A stretch of 63,797 nucleotides of DNA, the filler included, from Neolecta irregularis DAH-3 (Eukaryota): the NCBI GenBank assembly GCA_001929475.1. It is 9 parts of 9 records of this genome, joined end to end, with 100 filler letters (N's around TTAATTAATTAA, not from the genome) between each part and the next. Parts side by side here need not be neighbours in the genome. Positions count along the whole stretch, not along the records: positions 58,150 to 60,249 come from LXFE01000278.1; positions 60,350 to 61,690 come from LXFE01002955.1; positions 61,791 to 63,797 come from LXFE01002957.1; 6 more parts are not named here. One strand, given 5' to 3'. The notes below the pieces were generated by a model that saw only the letters and a list, made by a program, of their open reading frames with translations, did not search any database and had not been told where the DNA came from. The translations under genes and the position numbers were made by a program. Below are positions 58,867-63,797 of the stretch, in pieces; the stretch's first letter is position 1, and the number at the start of each line of letters is the position of its first letter.

Positions 58867-60349
58867 ACCAGTACCACAAGGAAGGTGTGTTTTTGCTATG
58901 AAACAAGGGAAAGGAACGGTTTTTATAAATACAGTAGCCTAAAGAAATGGATCCTAACGTCCCATTGACCACAAAATAATACGAAACCTTGACGATAGAA
59001 TGAAAGGGGTTTGATTCGTTTCACTGTTCTGCCTTAATTTAAGAGAATAACTGGTAGAGAAAGCTAAAATAAGCTAGTTTGCGAAAGTGCTCTAACCATT
59101 CAATACAAAACAAAGAATAAACAGGAATTTGCACATTGAATATCTAACCGGGAAATTAACTAAATTGAGGATGAGCTAACCATTCAAAAATTATTCTACA
59201 TTTCTAAGAGATATCCTGACTGGTTTGTTTCAAGGCCAGAAGGTTAATCTGCTTCGTCTTCCACCCCGGATCACATTGGCCTTATAAATAATGCATGCCA
59301 ATTTCAAACGTGAAAGTGGGTCACTCCCAGATTCGAAAGAGATGAATAGCTTTGTATTTCTTGAATGTGATGTATTCATTGTTTCTGGTGTCGGCTTTTT
59401 GAAAACTGAGGCATAGCATATCACTATGTCTCTTTGATCAGGTTATTCGCGACCGTTTATGATCGCTGTCATTGTTCTCCTTTATCTCTAGTGGTTGCGT
59501 GCAACATGATGATAGACTAATCTTCCGTTGTTTGTATCAAATTATGCCAACCATAGGAGTGAGCTCTTAAAACATGATCAATTGTAGTCGTTTAATTACG
59601 GCATCTTGAAGTATCCTCACCTTAAATTCGGAGCTTTCCAACAAAAGAAAGTGATATAGTTTCTTTAAAGCCACAGGAGACTATTGATATTAAAGATTGC
59701 TTCCCTCAAATGGATTTTTGTCGGTCCTGTGTGTGGTTCTCTTTGTTGGGGAGATAAGTTGTTCCGATGTCCTTTAATTCCAACCTACGTTAACGATTCT
59801 GGTAGATATCACACATTCCCATTATCTTAAAACTGTCTGCTTCTGATTTATCAGAATCGGAAATCAAGTATTACAGGCACAAACATTTCCATTCTTAAGA
59901 CAACAGAACAATAACTATATATAATATTCTGGGCTGTTATTGAGTGTTCAAACTAATAGTCTTATACTAGACTATGAAAGGATTTTTACACCTAAAAGAG
60001 CAATACTAATTTTGAGAAGGACACTAGACGATGTCAGTGTACTATTCGACCACTGATTGATATCCAATACTCTCGAATAAAATATTCACAAACTCTGAAA
60101 ATCTTGGGTTTTTCCTCATTTCACGAATTTTGTCAATCTTACCATTGGAATCAGTAATATCTTGCAGCAAAGATTTCATATCAGGTGTAAGAAATCCGTT
60201 GATTCGTGGATCTGATACTAGTGATGGTAAGATATATTTTTCGGAACCTNNNNNNNNNNNNNNNNNNNNNNNNNNNNNNNNNNNNNNNNNNNNTTAATTA
60301 ATTAANNNNNNNNNNNNNNNNNNNNNNNNNNNNNNNNNNNNNNNNNNNN

Positions 60350-61249
60350 CCACCCCCCCCTGCTGCCTCTAACCGCCAGACATAAACCCAGACTCCCCCT
60401 TTGGAGAAACTATCTCCGTCAACGACCCCCTCAAAGAGAAGCGCATCCTCGACCATCTAACCGCAAACAACACCCGCCCCCGCCCCTTCCGCTTCCTCTC
60501 CTACGACCCAACAACCCTAAACATCGGCTCCTTTCTCTTTGAAAAACAGCTCGGTCTGGGCGCTGATGGAGAGGTGGACCAGTACCGCGACCCCCTAGAT
60601 AACACCACCTACGCCATCAAACGCATAGACTTGGACATTGACAACCAATACAACCCCCCAAAACGCCATCTGTTCCTCCCTACAGAGCTCCAGGCCTGGA
60701 TCCCCCTCGCCCATCCAAACATCCTTCCCCTCCTCGCTTGGGGTTTCATCGAAAATACAAAACAATGGGCCCTCGTCATCTCCTTTGCTAAATACGGCTC
60801 CCTAACCCAATACGCTCAGATGCAAATCCCAATGGCCCTGAAAACAAATATCTGGAAATCGCGCTACTCTGAAATATTCCATGCCTTGGCTTATCTCCAT
60901 TCAAAAGGATGGCTGCACAACGACCTCCGAAACGTAAATATCCTAGTCATGCACGATTTCTCCCTCGTCATCTCCGATTTCGGCCAAGCAAAACCCGTCC
61001 GGGATCATCGTATCTCCCCCAATACTCTAAAACTAACCCCCAGACCACAAATGCCTCGATTCAAAAAAACTCACAATCGCCTATTTTAATCTCATACGCG
61101 ACAATGACACAGACTACAATATCTTTGAATCCCTCTTACTCAAATGGGAAAACAAACTTCCTCTGGATATCGTTAATGACTCTTACTGGGTCGCTTCTAA
61201 ACCTTCTTTTGCACAAATGCTAGAGTACTTTTATCGTTGGCATCAATGA
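60350..61249 (+). CDS. Atypical protein kinase-like protein, 5'-partial
   Basis: LGLGADGEV, YAIK, HPNILPLL, HNDLRNVNILV, ISDFGQAK; 34-nt intron 61010-61043 leads to a short tail ending KPSFAQMLEYFYRWHQ. Confidence 0.8.
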
Positions 61250-61624
61250 TTTGTATCCTTTATGTACAGATATCAGTCCTTTGTACAGATATTCAGTCTT
61301 TTTGTTTCAGTAACCATTTTATAAACATAGGCCCTTCTTATTAGCCGCCAGCGGCGGGCTGGTATCAGATTAGCAGAAAGAGAAATAACGGAAATAGAAA
61401 AGACAAAGGAGAACCACCCCAGAGCAGCCAGACTGCCTTTGATCTTGGTTCTTCTGTTCGGTCAAGTTTTAGTATTCACAGAAATGTTATTGTGGTCTGC
61501 CTTTTTTGCCTCGGTAAATAACTAGGGCTTGTGCGTCTGTCGCGCCTCGCCAGTCTCCAACCTAACGCTCCTGCGTCGCACATTACACCTCGCCTTTCCT
61601 GTCCCGCCTGAGTCCCGCCCGACT

Positions 61625-61690
61625 TTCCCATCCCACCCGTCCCTCCTTCCCATCCCACCCGTCCCTCCTTCCCATCCCACCCGTCCCTCC
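61625..61690 (+). repeat. 21-nt C-rich tandem repeat at contig end
   Basis: TTCCCATCCCACCCGTCCCTCC about three times before the gap. Confidence 0.8.
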
Positions 61691-62569
61691 NNNNNNNNNN
61701 NNNNNNNNNNNNNNNNNNNNNNNNNNNNNNNNNNTTAATTAATTAANNNNNNNNNNNNNNNNNNNNNNNNNNNNNNNNNNNNNNNNNNNNAGATACGAGG
61801 TTGCAGACTTTACTGTTGCTGAGAGGTCCGAGCTTTTGGTAAAGATCTTTCCGAGAGTATTCAATTAGAGGAGCACTCCCTATTTCATCGATTTAAGTAG
61901 GGGTCAGGTCATCGAGTAGTGCTTACAGAGCAAATCTACTGTTCATGTAAAGACAACGATAAAAGCAAAATACCTTTCTCAATTTCTTACCTATTCCCCT
62001 GAAAACCTTTATCGCAATACCTCATTGAGAGTAAGTATATCTAGATAACTCACGGAAGTGCTTGAGGTACTATATATAGCCGACTCTTCAAATAACGCTG
62101 GTCTATGGAATCAGGCAGCATGATCTAGTGTTCCCTAGGCGCAGCGGTCGACACCTGCTTAATGGATTTCAGTGGGATCACTATCTAGCATACTGGAAAG
62201 CCCCAGTATTCAGACGTGTCTTATGTTCGTTGAAATATAGTCAACTGCAACGGATCAAACCGCATTTCTTCTTCCAAAATACGCAAGTTTATCTTGAGAT
62301 CGTGTTTGTATTCTTATTTGTCCTCATAAGGGTTGTATAACTTTGTGAAAGACTTATAAAATATTGAACAGTGGCTCAATTTTACCATGCGCTTCTTTCA
62401 ACTCAGAATCGGTTGTCACCTCATTACACGAAACTTCGCGTGAGCCTGTGAGGGCAACGAGGCTCAAGCAAAATCAGTTGGAGAGAAGATTACAATTTTG
62501 TTTAATCAGAGCTGGGGGGTTTGCGGCGTGAGGTTGGGTTAGTGGAGCTTGTTAGGTGATCAGGATAGT

Positions 62570-63257
62570 GTGTTGTAGAATAGTTGGGTTAGGCATGGTT
62601 GGCGGATGGATTTTTATGCCGCCCACCTTCACCAAGAGATTCAAACCACCCACCTGGAGTGCTCCAATCTCAATGACTTTGGTACCGTTGGAAGGCCCTC
62701 GTTGGGGCGCATCCGCCCGTGGTAATTACGGTTTCATGTGATGTGTTTTGAATACAGTCAGTGTGGCCAACCACCCGACCGACCAACTGGTGCTATCCGG
62801 TGGTTGCTATCTAATTATTAAGCTCAGCCCCGATTTAACCGACACCCCCCTAAACGCGACACAATATATGGGATTCTTGTTATATAGAAGTTGGGCGATT
62901 CCACAGGTGGGACGATTCCACAGGTGGGACAGAACATATTGTGTCGGATTCATGGGGGTCGGTTAAATCGGCGCCCCGCCTACTCGCACCACCAATAATG
63001 ATTTTATTATTCATATTTCAAATATTCGTCGCATATTCAGCTATTCTAATACAACTTCATTGATACACTGCGTTTTGTAGACCGATATGAAGACATATAT
63101 TATTAACAGTGCAGAACGCACTATTAACAATATATATCTGGTGGGTGGATAACTAAGCCAGCTGGTGCCGGTGGCACCCGTCAGGTAGTTAGCACACTTC
63201 TCTGGTAGGTAGGTAGATTACTAATACCCGGTGCCCCCCGGGTGGTTTGCCACGTTG
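62570..63257. mobile_element. Decayed MITE cluster: inverted family fragment plus a ~500-bp element with imperfect TIRs
   Basis: 62600-62665 is the reverse complement of the 54570-54625 motif; CAGTGTGGCCAACCACCCG at 62759 matches the reverse complement of 63239-63257 at 16 of 19; no TSD visible. Confidence 0.6.
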
Positions 63258-63797
63258 GCTTTTGGAGCTAGGACCTTTAGAACCTTTTGGAATATTAAAT
63301 ATATTAGGAATCATGTGGAGCTTCGCCCCCTCGGATTATGTTTAGCCCGCACCGATAAATTACTAGTACACTTTTTAATGGTATTCGGTAATTTAGTTAA
63401 GCGAAAGCCTTCCATTCAGGCTTTTTATTTCAAAGGATTTCGAGATGTTCAGAACCTGCAAGACCTTTAGAACCATCGAGACCACTAGAACCTTCGAAGC
63501 CTGCATGACGTTGAGGATCTTTAGAACCGTGTCCCAACTTCTATAAATCAGGGAGCTTCGCATGATGCAGAAGCACCCAAAAATTCGATCATGTTCCAAG
63601 TCTTGTTTCAAAGAGCCAACTTCGTCTTCTCACATCTCACAATTGCATTCGTATGCACAACTGTTGTACTGGTAATTTTGATCATTATGATTCAAGTTAA
63701 TCATGTAGGCCCTCGGCTATGTGTTCTATCATGTTGCTCTTCATCCACTCGCAACATTCAAGGGTCCTTTCTGGGCAAAGATCAATCCGTTCTATCA

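Noticed and set aside
63270-63540. Recurring (GACC)TTTAGAACC motif
   Set aside because: Few, irregularly spaced, degenerate copies in eroded repeat sequence; no structure to support a claim.

Overview
Eukaryotic, compact ascomycete genomic DNA; an early-diverging, Taphrinomycotina/Neolecta-like source is an inference from gene content, not established. The window is nine assembly pieces joined by artificial 100-nt N/TTAATTAATTAA/N linkers. I reconstructed about 25 protein genes by hand, including PRP3, USO1, XRN2/RAT1, a neurofibromin-type RasGAP, a divergent actin, HIS3, XPD/RAD3, a forkhead factor, RXT3, BTN1, methylisocitrate lyase, FRA10AC1, a large-subunit catalase, RPL31, MCR1, OTU2, SWD1 and RPB1. 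They carry roughly 135-140 introns, nearly all 31-45 nt, with degenerate splice signals: six GC donors, frequent AAG and three GAG acceptors, and one apparent TG acceptor. The most striking item is the RPB1 C-terminal heptad domain, which the ORF track misses. After a ~3.8-kb intron-free exon, the CTD is split by 16 tiny introns into exons of 11-78 nt, none in phase 0, many skippable in frame. A family of CAGTG-ended hAT-type MITEs and GC-rich islands are also present. All intron calls are manual and lack transcript support.
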